A DNA stretch of 64,000 nt, taken from assembly GCA_019057375.1 (NCBI GenBank), contig DXJF01000104.1, forward strand, positions 1 to 64,000. The letters run 5' to 3'. The stretch's first letter is position 1, and each line of letters opens with the position of its first letter. This stretch comes from Candidatus Heimdallarchaeota archaeon. Lineage in GTDB: Archaea > Asgardarchaeota > Heimdallarchaeia > Heimdallarchaeales > Heimdallarchaeaceae. A program made the translations under genes and the position numbers. Positions 9,507-19,098 of this stretch are shown here, piece after piece. The notes under the pieces were generated by a model. It saw only the letters and a program-made list of their open reading frames with translations. It was not told where the DNA came from and ran no database searches.

Positions 9507-10952
9507 TCAAACTAAATTTCTCAATACATATTCAAGTGCAGTATCTTTTCCTTTACTGATATCTTCTATTGAAGCTTTTATTTCATAATCAGGTTTAATA
9601 CCTCTATGATTGTCTTCTTGGGAAACCGGCATAATAAATCTAAACAAGGGTATACGGAGTACAAGTTTAGAATTAGGTAGACTCACATTTACCATTAAAC
9701 CAGAATTATTTCCTATGTAAGCACCTCTAGTCTCCTCGCCAACAAATTTCACTCTCTGAAATCGATGACATGTTGTTAAAAATTCACAAGCAGCAGAGAA
9801 GCTTCCACCATCAATCAATGCAAATACATCACCTGTGACAGCATTCTTTTTTTTCTTGTGAATTTTGTATAAAGGTGGTATGAAGAAGGGATTATGAATT
9901 TTATAACCATGATTTATTTTTTCTTTCCTTACTAAGCCTAAAATCACTTTATACATATTATTGTTTGTTGTTTTGAAGAAGTCATACCTTTTTTTCCTTA
10001 AACTTACAACATCAAAATATTGAAAATCACATGTAGTTAAATAACTATACAAGAGTGCCCCATAATTTTCCCTTCCTCCAGAGTTCCCTCTCAAATCAAT
10101 AATCAGTTTTTCTATCTTTTCCTCTTCTATCCTTCTAAATGCTTTTTTTAGAAAACGTGCAAATTTATCTTCTTTTGCATATTTTTTTATTCCTGTAAAT
10201 TTCGACATCGTTTTACCGCTATTGAATGTCTTAATTTTCAAAACAGCAACGTTCAAATCAGAATTAAATGTAAGACTGTACAAAGAATCACTGAAATCTT
10301 CAGGAAATCTCTTTTCATGAGTTTCTTTAACTTTCTTTACTGTTATTGCGTTAAGTTTTACTTCTTTTGTTTTTTGAGACCTTAAAACCCTGTATTCTAT
10401 ATCAAAAACACTCTTAACACCATATATCAATGGAAATAATCTACTAAAATTCTTCTCTAATAATCTATATTTTCTTTCAGTTCCAAACCCATCGATGAAT
10501 ACAAATGACAAAAGATTTTTTATTATTTCATTTACAGATTTACCGTTTATTTTCAAAATCTCTGTACCAACTACAATAGATTCATCTTCAGAGAAATCTC
10601 TGTATACATAAAATCTTTCATTGATCAAACTAGGTTTTATAGGAAAAATACCAACCTCATTCTGTATGTGATTTCCTAATTTAGTATCAAAGTTAACTGC
10701 AGTATGACCATCAGCTATGAAATCAATGAATTCAGCAATCAACTTATAAAAATCTAGAAGGGTAGTGGGAGAATCTAATTTTATAGAAAACTCATCAAAT
10801 TTTGTATCAATTTCTGTTTTATTTCTATGGACATATAATCCTGCATGACCTTCCTCAAAAGAACTACGTAACAAAGAGAAATCTTCTTTTAGCTGATTTG
10901 AAGTTAAAAGGTTCCCTAAATCTTGGATTGTTTCTTTCTCTGTTTTTGACAT
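9507..10952 (-). CDS. S41 family peptidase (tail-specific protease-like)
   Basis: IADGHT, LIIDLRGNSGG, GGSFSAACEF, VGEETRG, GIKPD motifs. Confidence 0.9.
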   Translation of the reverse strand: MSKTEKETIQDLGNLLTSNQLKEDFSLLRSSFEEGHAGLYVHRNKTEIDTKFDEFSIKLDSPTTLLDFYKLIAEFIDFIADGHTAVNFDTKLGNHIQNEVGIFPIKPSLINERFYVYRDFSEDESIVVGTEILKINGKSVNEIIKNLLSFVFIDGFGTERKYRLLEKNFSRLFPLIYGVKSVFDIEYRVLRSQKTKEVKLNAITVKKVKETHEKRFPEDFSDSLYSLTFNSDLNVAVLKIKTFNSGKTMSKFTGIKKYAKEDKFARFLKKAFRRIEEEKIEKLIIDLRGNSGGRENYGALLYSYLTTCDFQYFDVVSLRKKRYDFFKTTNNNMYKVILGLVRKEKINHGYKIHNPFFIPPLYKIHKKKKNAVTGDVFALIDGGSFSAACEFLTTCHRFQRVKFVGEETRGAYIGNNSGLMVNVSLPNSKLVLRIPLFRFIMPVSQEDNHRGIKPDYEIKASIEDISKGKDTALEYVLRNLV

Positions 10953-11105
10953 TAATTACAGTTATATTGAAGCATTTATATCAATTCCATAAACAATTCA
11001 GTTAATAGCTAAACAATCTGGTTACATTATTTTCTAATCAAATTAGAATATTTTTTTGGATAAAATTGATAAAGAAGACCAAGAATGTGTTGAGAAGGTA
11101 AAGAA

Positions 11106-12500
11106 ATGAGCAGTGAGGAATTAGACGACTTCAGTAATTCAGTGAATAATGACCAAAGAGTGTCTTCTCGCCAAAGAATCTACATTGGTCTCACTAAAGC
11201 TGGTTCTGATATGTTCAGCGTTTTCTTTGCTGGAGCTTTGTTTGGTTTTTATGTTGATATTTTACATATGAATCCTCAAAGCTATGGGATTGTTATGATT
11301 ATTTTTGCCGTTTGGAATGCAGTAAACGACCCTATATTTGGCTACATGTCAGATAAAAAAAGATTAGATAAACGAGGAAAGAGAACTTTTTTCATTCGTT
11401 TATCAACACCAATCTACTTTATTGGCTATACCATGTTCTGGTTTGCATTTCCTTCATGGTCACAAACTTGGCTTTTCATTTTCCTTCTTATTTCTCTATT
11501 TATTTTTGATACTGGGTTAACTATCGCGGGTTTGAATATAAGTGCGCTTCAAACCGATCAAACTACAAGTACTAATGAACGAACTAGAATAATGCTAATC
11601 TCTATGCTTGTTAGCTTGTTACCTGTAGGAATAGCTTCACTTGTTCCTAATCTTATACTGACTTCTACTACTCTTAGTAATATCGATATGTCATTGATAT
11701 TTATTGCAGGAGGTATAGTTGCAGCCATCTTCATGGGTTTTGGGGCATACAAACTAAAAGAACATTCACTTGAAACAGAAGGTACAGAACCTTTACCTAT
11801 ATTTGCAGCGATTAAAGAAACCTTGAAATCAAAATCATTTATTTTCTTCGTCATTTTTTCTTTTATGATGAATGCCGTTACACTGAATTTAGTTGCTATT
11901 ATACCTCTGTACTTCAAATATGTATTTATGTTAAATGGAATTGAAGTGTTAATTGTTAGTGTGGTTACGGGTGTAGTTTATATTCCTTTATTATTTGTTT
12001 TCGAAAAATTACAGAAGAGATATGGACTAAGAAATAGTTTTTTCATAGCTATAATCCTAATGATAATAGGGTGTTTAGGTTTATTTTTCGCTAAATCTAT
12101 CGTCCTCATGGCCTTCTCATATGGACTATGTTTATGGATGGCAGCACTCTGGTGGCTTTTAGTAAATCCTATGGTTGGTGACATCGCAGATGAAGATGAA
12201 CTTAAAACCAATAATAGAAGAGAGGGAATGTTTTTTGGAACAAATGCACTGATCACAAAACCAGCTTCATCACTCATAATATTCGTTTTTACTGCAATAA
12301 TCGAGTTTTACGGCTATGATTCCCATTTAAATATACAATCTTCTGAAGCTCTATTTGGAATCCGTTTAGGATTAGGTATTCTTCCTCTTGCATTTTTAGT
12401 ACTTGCTTTCATAGCTTTGTATTTCTACCCATTGCATGGAAGGAAATTAAAACAAGTTAAAATGAATTTGGATTATCTTCATAGCAAAAGGAAGGTTTAG
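11106..12500 (+). CDS. MFS transporter, GPH/MelB-like
   Basis: WNAVNDPIFGYMSD and DIADEDELKTNNRREGMFFG motifs; ~12 TM. Confidence 0.9.
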   Translation: MSSEELDDFSNSVNNDQRVSSRQRIYIGLTKAGSDMFSVFFAGALFGFYVDILHMNPQSYGIVMIIFAVWNAVNDPIFGYMSDKKRLDKRGKRTFFIRLSTPIYFIGYTMFWFAFPSWSQTWLFIFLLISLFIFDTGLTIAGLNISALQTDQTTSTNERTRIMLISMLVSLLPVGIASLVPNLILTSTTLSNIDMSLIFIAGGIVAAIFMGFGAYKLKEHSLETEGTEPLPIFAAIKETLKSKSFIFFVIFSFMMNAVTLNLVAIIPLYFKYVFMLNGIEVLIVSVVTGVVYIPLLFVFEKLQKRYGLRNSFFIAIILMIIGCLGLFFAKSIVLMAFSYGLCLWMAALWWLLVNPMVGDIADEDELKTNNRREGMFFGTNALITKPASSLIIFVFTAIIEFYGYDSHLNIQSSEALFGIRLGLGILPLAFLVLAFIALYFYPLHGRKLKQVKMNLDYLHSKRKV

Positions 12501-12514
12501 ATTTAATTACTTCT

Positions 12515-12853
12515 TTATTTTTCCGGATTTGACTTTCTCTCTTTCAAAATTTCCAAAGATATCTCTGAAAGAAAGAAATCTTCAAGCTTTATCCAAGAAG
12601 TCTTAACAAGAATAGGGAACTCGTAAGATGTAAGGGATGTACATTTGTGGTTAGAATACGAGAAAATCTCAGGATGTCCTATTTCTCCACAGAGAAGACA
12701 AATTCGCCATCTTGCTGATGACATAAAAAGCTTTTGATAAGATTCAGAATAGAATAATATTCCCTCTTCAAAAGGAATCTTTGACAAAATAGAACAGTAT
12801 TTTTTAGCGATGGATCTTATTAGTTCTTTTTTCCTATCGGTAATGTCAGGCAT
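12515..12853 (-). CDS. Unassigned CxxC-HxC putative zinc-finger protein, paralog 1 of 7
   Basis: MPDI...ARWRICLLCG...HKC...FPILVKTSW..L..FF, aligns with six other ORFs in the window. Confidence 0.8.
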   Translation of the reverse strand: MPDITDRKKELIRSIAKKYCSILSKIPFEEGILFYSESYQKLFMSSARWRICLLCGEIGHPEIFSYSNHKCTSLTSYEFPILVKTSWIKLEDFFLSEISLEILKERKSNPEK

Positions 12854-12907
12854 ATTACATCTCTCTTCATAAGGTGAAAAAATAAAAGAAGATTCCGAAT
12901 AAATTAA

Positions 12908-13186
12908 CTATTGTCTGAAATCTTCAGCTTGAAAAATTCCTAAGGGATAAATACCTTCAGTAGGTAAATTAGGTATCTTATCTATGATTGCTTTAATAGC
13001 ATCAATATTTTTTGCATCCCATTGACAGAGAATCTTCTTAATGTGACCTTCTTCATTTAAGATTGCCCAACTTTTAACCCAGTAAGCATCGGCATTACAT
13101 AAACCTTTAACTCCTTGTCCAATAGGAGTTGCAGCTTCCACAGGAGCTGGTTCTGGGAAAGGGTGTATTGCTAGAAATTTTGGCAT
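12908..13186 (-). CDS. Small DUF4242-like (dimeric alpha/beta barrel) protein
   Basis: MPKFLAIH...YWVKSW...ILCQWDA; GGAGG SD before ATG 13186 (the longer ORF-track start is unlikely); family is inference. Confidence 0.6.
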   Translation of the reverse strand: MPKFLAIHPFPEPAPVEAATPIGQGVKGLCNADAYWVKSWAILNEEGHIKKILCQWDAKNIDAIKAIIDKIPNLPTEGIYPLGIFQAEDFRQ

Positions 13187-13272
13187 GTTTTTTAACCTCC
13201 TAATTTTTTGCTTTTGTTCTAATTTTCGTTTTGTTCTTTGGTAGAAAAAAAATGAAAAGGTGATTTTGCATT

Positions 13273-13932
13273 CTAGACTATAGTGAAACAAATGACATCA
13301 GTTGGTGCAAAGGGATCGGGAACTGGTTCAGGGAAAAGACCAAGAGGATTCATATAATACTCTGTGACTAAGTTATATGTGCCAGGTTCTAGTTCTCCAG
13401 GTTTGAATAAAGCGCCTACATTAAACCACCATAATGCTTCATCACCATATGCATCTATAAAGAAAAGAGCTGGCTTAATTGGTGTATAGGTCATTTCCAA
13501 TTCAACACCATTTAGATAGATTTTTACAGTCCACCAAGATAGATACTCGAAACATCCTTCATTAATAGTATCATAGGTGAAAACTACTCCAAACCAGTCA
13601 TATAATATATATTGAGCGAATTGAAGACCAAGTTCAGTTACATAAAGTGCTGCGTAAATACCATGAGCATCTTCATAGCGATAAGTTAAACCATCATACC
13701 ATGGAACAATTCTTCCACCATTATATCTTCCATCAAGAACCGCAGGTAATATTTCTCTTTCAATATCGAATTCTGCATTATATACTAAAGTAGTTCCTCC
13801 GTTTAACATTGCATTAAAACTAGCTTGAACGTCTCCATAAGTAACATAGTCATTAGCAGCAGCAACAGGGAGTAATCCAAAGAGAAGAACGCAAAATGCA
13901 CTCAAAGTGATTACAGTTTTTTTCTTTTTCAT
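13273..13932 (-). CDS. Secreted hypothetical protein
   Basis: KKKK + hydrophobic signal peptide (AAA cleavage-like site), GGAGG SD. Confidence 0.75.
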   Translation of the reverse strand: MKKKKTVITLSAFCVLLFGLLPVAAANDYVTYGDVQASFNAMLNGGTTLVYNAEFDIEREILPAVLDGRYNGGRIVPWYDGLTYRYEDAHGIYAALYVTELGLQFAQYILYDWFGVVFTYDTINEGCFEYLSWWTVKIYLNGVELEMTYTPIKPALFFIDAYGDEALWWFNVGALFKPGELEPGTYNLVTEYYMNPLGLFPEPVPDPFAPTDVICFTIV

Positions 13933-13955
13933 TTTTTAACCTCCAAATGAATTAT

Positions 13956-14024
13956 ATGGAACAAAACACGACACATATATGCGTCGCGTTTTGCCACATA
14001 TATGTGTGACAAGAACAGACACAT
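13956..14024 (-). promoter_or_regulatory. Three tandem palindromic operator-like sites (ATGT-N13-NCAY) directly downstream of a TTTTATAT TATA box
   Basis: Sites at 13956-13976, 13979-13999, 14004-14024; CACATATA cores 23 and 25 bp apart. Confidence 0.65.
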
Positions 14025-14077
14025 ATAAAAAGTTTTCTCATAAAATTGTGATTCTATAGAAATAAAATAGAGAAAAA

Positions 14078-14518
14078 TTATACTCGTTCTTCTTCAGTTG
14101 CAGGAATCTTCGCTTGTTCTGATTCCTTTGTTTCCTTTGATACTTTAGTAACCAAGGTCAGTGAGGGGAGTCTATCGATACCTGCTTCTTTCATGAATTC
14201 CTTGTAAGTATCTGTTAAGAAGAATTCCTTTAGTTTATACCAAGATGTTTTAATGAGAACCGGAAAATCATGCACGTCTAATAAACATTTGTGCTTTTCT
14301 AACTCTTCTCCTTCCTTTAGATCTTTCTGGGTTTTGGATTTCAGTATATCTCCACATTTTAAGCAGAATTTCCACCTTGCGGGATGTATATTTAACTTAT
14401 CATTTGTTTTCACATAGAGAATCAATCCTTCGTTAAAAGGTATCCTCCAAATAGAGACAGCATATTGTTTTGCTATCTCTCTAATCTGTGATTTTTCAGC
14501 ATCAGTTATATCTGGCAA
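14078..14518 (-). CDS. CxxC-HxC putative zinc-finger protein, paralog 2
   Basis: TTG start (LPDIT) after AGGAG SD; ARWKFCLKCG...HKC...FPVLIKTSWYKLKEFF. Confidence 0.8.
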   Translation of the reverse strand: MPDITDAEKSQIREIAKQYAVSIWRIPFNEGLILYVKTNDKLNIHPARWKFCLKCGDILKSKTQKDLKEGEELEKHKCLLDVHDFPVLIKTSWYKLKEFFLTDTYKEFMKEAGIDRLPSLTLVTKVSKETKESEQAKIPATEEERV

Positions 14519-14536
14519 TGAAAATCCTACTCCTAC

Positions 14537-14563
14537 GTGTACTAGAATTTGACACATATAATA
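14537..14563 (-). promoter_or_regulatory. TATA box plus ATGT-N13-ACAC site of paralog 2
   Basis: TTATATGT-gtcaaattctagt-ACAC; near-identical arrangement (TTCTAGTACAC) upstream of paralog 3. Confidence 0.6.
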
Positions 14564-14669
14564 AATCTTCCGTATTACTCAGATCTAATTATCTAGTAAG
14601 ATAAATTATCTCAAATTATCAGAAAGTATTATAAAATCTGGTGAGTTAACATTGTGATTAAATAGTTGA

Positions 14670-16601
14670 TTGAGCAAGATGAAAGGAATTTTCGTTAAAG
14701 AGTTAGAAGATATAGAATCACTCATAGATAAAGGAAAGTATAACGTGGCTTTAGAGCATATTGATTCAATATCATCTCAGGAAGCAATTTCTGCAGAGGA
14801 GAAGACAAAATGTACTATTTTTAGATATCGGGTATATTCTGAATTAGCTAAGTATGCTGAAGCTATAAAGCTTGGTGAAAAAGCCTTTGAGGAAAGCCAA
14901 AAACTAAATAATAAACTCCTAATGTTTGATTCACTCGTATATTCTCCTTACATTTACTTTGTTACTGGAGAATATGAATTAAGAAAGGAGAAAGTTAAAC
15001 TTGCTGGTCAAATACTTGAATCAATTGAAGATAAGGAGTCATCGAATTATTTTCTCAGAAGAGCTATATTTCTAACTATGAAAAGTGATAGTTTTGAACA
15101 AACTATAGAAAATCTTGAAGAAAGTATTGAAATCTCTAAGAAATTTGGATTTGATAGAATATTAGTTGATGCATACCATACGCAAGCTTGTACTTATCTT
15201 TGGTCTGGAGGAATCACAAAATCTCTTAAACTAAATCAACAAGCATTAGATCTTGCTGAAGAAATAGATTACTACTGGGGAATCACCGGTACTATGTTTG
15301 CTTTAGCTGTTAACTATTTGCATAAAGGGGAATTAGAACTAGCCCTGGATTATTTCCTACAAACAAAAACGCTAATTGAAGAAGGTGATGACTTATATTT
15401 TATAGCCTGCTTGTATTTGGATCTAGGTTATTTATATTGGTTAAAAAGAGATCTTAAATCCTCACTTGATTATTATAAGAAATCTGTTTCCACTTTTAAA
15501 GAAGCTAAAGTTGTAAGTACACGTCATTTACCATGGACTCTATTCCGAATGAATTTAGTTCTTATTGAAATGGAACAGTATGATGAAGCACTCAAGAATA
15601 TTGAACAGATTGAGCTCTTATTCCTAATGAAAGATACTCCTGTTTTCAAACTATTCTACCATCTTGCAAAAGCTGTTTTTCTTAAAACAAAAACAGATGA
15701 TGATTGTTGGAATGAAGCTACACTTCTACTCGAGGAAGTTGCTGATGAAGAACTTGTTTATCTTGAGTTAAATGGTTTAGTAATCTTTCATTTATGTGAT
15801 GTATATCTAAAGAAAATACAAACTTCAAATGATTTGGATGCATTTGAGAAACTAAAAAATAGGATACAAGAGTTAGCAGAAATGGCTAGAGAGCAAAAAT
15901 CTGTCATTCTGCTTGTTCAATCTCTCTTGTTGCAATCAAAGCTAGAACTAATTGATTTAGACATTGAAAAAAGCCAATCGCTATTAGGAAAAGCACAATC
16001 TATTGCAGAGGAAAAAGGACTTATTAAACTTGCAAAGGTTGTTTCAAATGAATTTGATATTCTCTTAGATCAATTGAGTACTTGGGAAGATATGTCAACG
16101 TATTTACCAAGCTTAGAAGAAAGGTTTGAATTTACTCATATTGAAAATTATCTAAACAGAATGATGAGAGACTATATTATACATGAAAGCATTGTTGATG
16201 AAAAAGAAGCACCAGCATTTTTCTTACTACTGAATAAGGAAGGGGCTATTCTGTTTTCTGAGATATTCAATGAAGTATCTCTGGAAGGTGAATTACTCAA
16301 AGAGATATTATCATCAATTGCCAGATTCAAGACAAGTATATCATTGACTCCTGAAACAATCAAGAGAATGAAATATAAAAATTATACAATTGCAATCAAT
16401 GTTCAAGAAGATCTATTTATAGTTTATACTTTTATAGGAAAATCCTATTATGCGTTACACAAACTCAAATCCCTAATCCAGGAATTTCGCACTTTTACAA
16501 GTGAATGGAATGTGTTTTTTGATAGATTACAGGAGAGTAATGAGTTAACATTCTCAGAAAGGAAACTGTTATCAGAATATGTTGAAAGCGTTTTTCTATA
16601 A
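14670..16601 (+). CDS. TPR-repeat protein with C-terminal longin/roadblock-like domain
   Basis: Multiple TPR-like helical repeats; C-terminal FLLLNKEGAILFS...IVYTFIGKSY region; paralog at 21826-23592. Confidence 0.75.
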   Translation: MSKMKGIFVKELEDIESLIDKGKYNVALEHIDSISSQEAISAEEKTKCTIFRYRVYSELAKYAEAIKLGEKAFEESQKLNNKLLMFDSLVYSPYIYFVTGEYELRKEKVKLAGQILESIEDKESSNYFLRRAIFLTMKSDSFEQTIENLEESIEISKKFGFDRILVDAYHTQACTYLWSGGITKSLKLNQQALDLAEEIDYYWGITGTMFALAVNYLHKGELELALDYFLQTKTLIEEGDDLYFIACLYLDLGYLYWLKRDLKSSLDYYKKSVSTFKEAKVVSTRHLPWTLFRMNLVLIEMEQYDEALKNIEQIELLFLMKDTPVFKLFYHLAKAVFLKTKTDDDCWNEATLLLEEVADEELVYLELNGLVIFHLCDVYLKKIQTSNDLDAFEKLKNRIQELAEMAREQKSVILLVQSLLLQSKLELIDLDIEKSQSLLGKAQSIAEEKGLIKLAKVVSNEFDILLDQLSTWEDMSTYLPSLEERFEFTHIENYLNRMMRDYIIHESIVDEKEAPAFFLLLNKEGAILFSEIFNEVSLEGELLKEILSSIARFKTSISLTPETIKRMKYKNYTIAINVQEDLFIVYTFIGKSYYALHKLKSLIQEFRTFTSEWNVFFDRLQESNELTFSERKLLSEYVESVFL

Positions 16602-16772
16602 TCTGAGAGATATTAGATCCCACATTACAGTTTTTTTCATTCTTTATTAATACTCTAGATTTACTAAAATCATCAAGACAATTTTCCAAAGAACTATACA
16701 ATATACTGTCTAATAAGGGATGATAATTGAACCCTAGTTTCTAAATCGAAGTTTCTCTTTTCTAATACAAAA

Positions 16773-17213
16773 TTATTTAGATTCTTCGGATATTACTTCA
16801 GAAACTTCTGTTTTGATCGTATCGGCTTTAACTTGCTTAACAATAACTTTAGGTTTAGGTAGCTCAGATAATCCGATCTCTTTTAGAATCTTATTGTGTT
16901 GCTTTTGGATTAAGAAGAATTTTCGTAGTTGAAACCATGAGGTTTTCACTAATAAAGGAACATCTTCAAATTCCAAAATGCAAGAATGATTAATTGTTTC
17001 ATCCCTAGTTTTTGTGTCTCTACCTAAAGTAGTTTTGAGAATCAAACCACATTTAAAACAATAACGCCATCTTGCGGGATGAATAAACAATTCGTTGTTT
17101 GTTTTAACATATGCTACAATACCTTTATCGAAAGGGATAGTCCAAAGCTCTTGAGCATATTTTTTCGCTATTTCCCGAATTTCAGATTTTTCTGAAGCAA
17201 GTATATCTGGCAA
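16773..17213 (-). CDS. CxxC-HxC putative zinc-finger protein, paralog 3
   Basis: TTG start (LPDIL) after AGGAG SD; ARWRYCFKCG...HSC...VPLLVKTSWFQLRKFF. Confidence 0.8.
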   Translation of the reverse strand: MPDILASEKSEIREIAKKYAQELWTIPFDKGIVAYVKTNNELFIHPARWRYCFKCGLILKTTLGRDTKTRDETINHSCILEFEDVPLLVKTSWFQLRKFFLIQKQHNKILKEIGLSELPKPKVIVKQVKADTIKTEVSEVISEESK

Positions 17214-17233
17214 GAGAATCACTCCTGTTGAGG

Positions 17234-17260
17234 GTGTACTAGAAACGGTTACATATAAGT
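17234..17260 (-). promoter_or_regulatory. TATA box plus ATGT-N13-ACAC site of paralog 3
   Basis: CTTATATGT-aaccgtttctagt-ACAC. Confidence 0.6.
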
Positions 17261-17334
17261 TTTCTTTTATCTGAAAAAACCTCTTTTTGAATCCATTGGA
17301 GTAAATTTAAGAAACTATATTCAATTGATGTTAT

Positions 17335-17880
17335 TTGGTAAAATTGTCACTTCATGATAGAGTAGAATTTTGGTTTATTTCCTTTATACACGATACAATG
17401 TATAGTCTTTTTATGAATGCGGAAAAACTCCTGTTGCCTGCAGGTTTAAAAGAAGGAGATCATGTTCTTGAAGTAGGCTGTGGTCCAGGATTTTTCACAT
17501 TACCATCTGCAGAAATTGTTGGAGATAAAGGGTTCATTTATGCTATAGATATCAATCCTTTTGCTATTAGAAAGGTTGAGAAAAAAATCGCAAAAGCTGG
17601 TGTTAAGAATGTTAAAACTATGATTGTTGATGTAACTGAAACAACTTTAAAGGATTCCATCATAGATATAGCTTTCTTCTTCGGTGTTATTCACTCATTA
17701 CATAGTATCATTGATAGAGTTGTATTAGAGATGCATAGAATCCTGAAGGATGAAGGGTTAATTTCTATACAGAAGTCAGTAAAATTTAAGGATGGTCTGG
17801 TAGACATCATAACACAGAATAATAAGTTCAAGTTCATAGAGGAAAAAAAGAGAATGTTTGTTTTTCAAAAAATAAAATAA
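17335..17880 (+). CDS. Class I SAM-dependent methyltransferase
   Basis: VLEVGCGPGFFT, YAIDIN motifs. Confidence 0.9.
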   Translation: MVKLSLHDRVEFWFISFIHDTMYSLFMNAEKLLLPAGLKEGDHVLEVGCGPGFFTLPSAEIVGDKGFIYAIDINPFAIRKVEKKIAKAGVKNVKTMIVDVTETTLKDSIIDIAFFFGVIHSLHSIIDRVVLEMHRILKDEGLISIQKSVKFKDGLVDIITQNNKFKFIEEKKRMFVFQKIK

Positions 17881-17935
17881 AAAGAAAGCAAATTAACCCA
17901 GTTTATTCTGAAATTATTTTAAAAAAATAGAAGAA

Positions 17936-18976
17936 TTACTTCTTCCCAATTTTTCTACTTAACAATGTTATTGCTAAAACCGATACTGAAGAGATTGTCA
18001 CGATTTCGATTACACCAAAACCTGCTTTATCAATTACAGGATCTTCTAATGTCCCAACTGAAGGATCATATGTAACTTCATCATCAAAGTGTTCAAAGCT
18101 CAAGTAAGTTTGGACAGAACCATCGCCTAGTGAGGAAACTGAACAATTTACAGTCTTGTATTCATAGGAGTTGTTAATCAAGTATTGAGCTTGATTTGCA
18201 TAAGCAAAGAATGCTTGGTATTGTTCATCACCTATAGAAATTTGTTCTTTCACTGCATCACCATGATTAAGAACTTTGTATTCATAACCAGTTGTGTTTT
18301 CTTTTGTGTTTACTGGATTACCATTTGTATCGTTGAGTCTGTAATTGTATGCTGTGTTCATTGGTATGATATCGAATCTCATAGCAAGGTTAGAGTCTTC
18401 TCTTTGCCATGGCCAGTTGTTCATAATGACGTCAAATTTCATTTCTTGGCCACCAATCAATTCATATCCATCAACTACTTGATCATTGAGGTATAGATGA
18501 ACAACTATGGTAATTTCAAAATCACCATAATTAGGTGCATTGATTGTTTCAGAAGTATAGTTGAAATGAACAGCAGATAGTTCTTCAGTTCCTTCAGTAT
18601 ATTCTACATCAAAACCATTGAAAATGAATCTTACACTTGATAATGGTAGTGTGTTTGAGAATACTGGACCTGGTGGAGCTTCTTCCTTCCATAAACCTGT
18701 TTCATTAAACTGGAATACTCCATCTTCATTATAATCTAGATATTCAGTAAGTGAATGGAACATAACATTATATTCAAATCCTGCATCTGTCATAAATTGG
18801 AATTTAGGAACTTGTCCTCCAGCTTTGGCGATAAAGTGCATATCATAATAAGAAAATGTCACTTGGTTGTTATCTTCTATCCATAAGAAGTCTTGATCAT
18901 CAGCATTTACTTGAGTAACTATAAGTAAAGCTAGAAACGCTAATCCGATTGTTATTTTGATTGCTTTGTGTTTCAT
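17936..18976 (-). CDS. Surface protein with signal peptide and C-terminal GF-TM-basic anchor
   Basis: N-terminal signal peptide; C-terminal AGFG + TM + RKIGKK. Confidence 0.75.
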   Translation of the reverse strand: MKHKAIKITIGLAFLALLIVTQVNADDQDFLWIEDNNQVTFSYYDMHFIAKAGGQVPKFQFMTDAGFEYNVMFHSLTEYLDYNEDGVFQFNETGLWKEEAPPGPVFSNTLPLSSVRFIFNGFDVEYTEGTEELSAVHFNYTSETINAPNYGDFEITIVVHLYLNDQVVDGYELIGGQEMKFDVIMNNWPWQREDSNLAMRFDIIPMNTAYNYRLNDTNGNPVNTKENTTGYEYKVLNHGDAVKEQISIGDEQYQAFFAYANQAQYLINNSYEYKTVNCSVSSLGDGSVQTYLSFEHFDDEVTYDPSVGTLEDPVIDKAGFGVIEIVTISSVSVLAITLLSRKIGKK

Positions 18977-19098
18977 TTTTGCTCAACATTTCGTATGCTT
19001 CCCTTTTTGAATAGGTTCTCATTTAAACAACCAAAGATTGATACTTCAGAAAAGTAAAGTTAGTGAAAATAAGAAAAAAAAGAAAAAGTAACATAACG

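Noticed and set aside
13187-14557. ORF-track N-terminal extensions (12908..13291 and 14078..14557)
   Set aside because: SD positions and paralog alignment point to starts at 13186 and 14518; the extensions overlap a neighbouring gene or the promoter
14642-16552. 12-nt direct repeat TGAGTTAACATT flanking the TPR gene as a target-site duplication
   Set aside because: Short and AT-rich, so expected by chance; one copy lies inside the coding sequence
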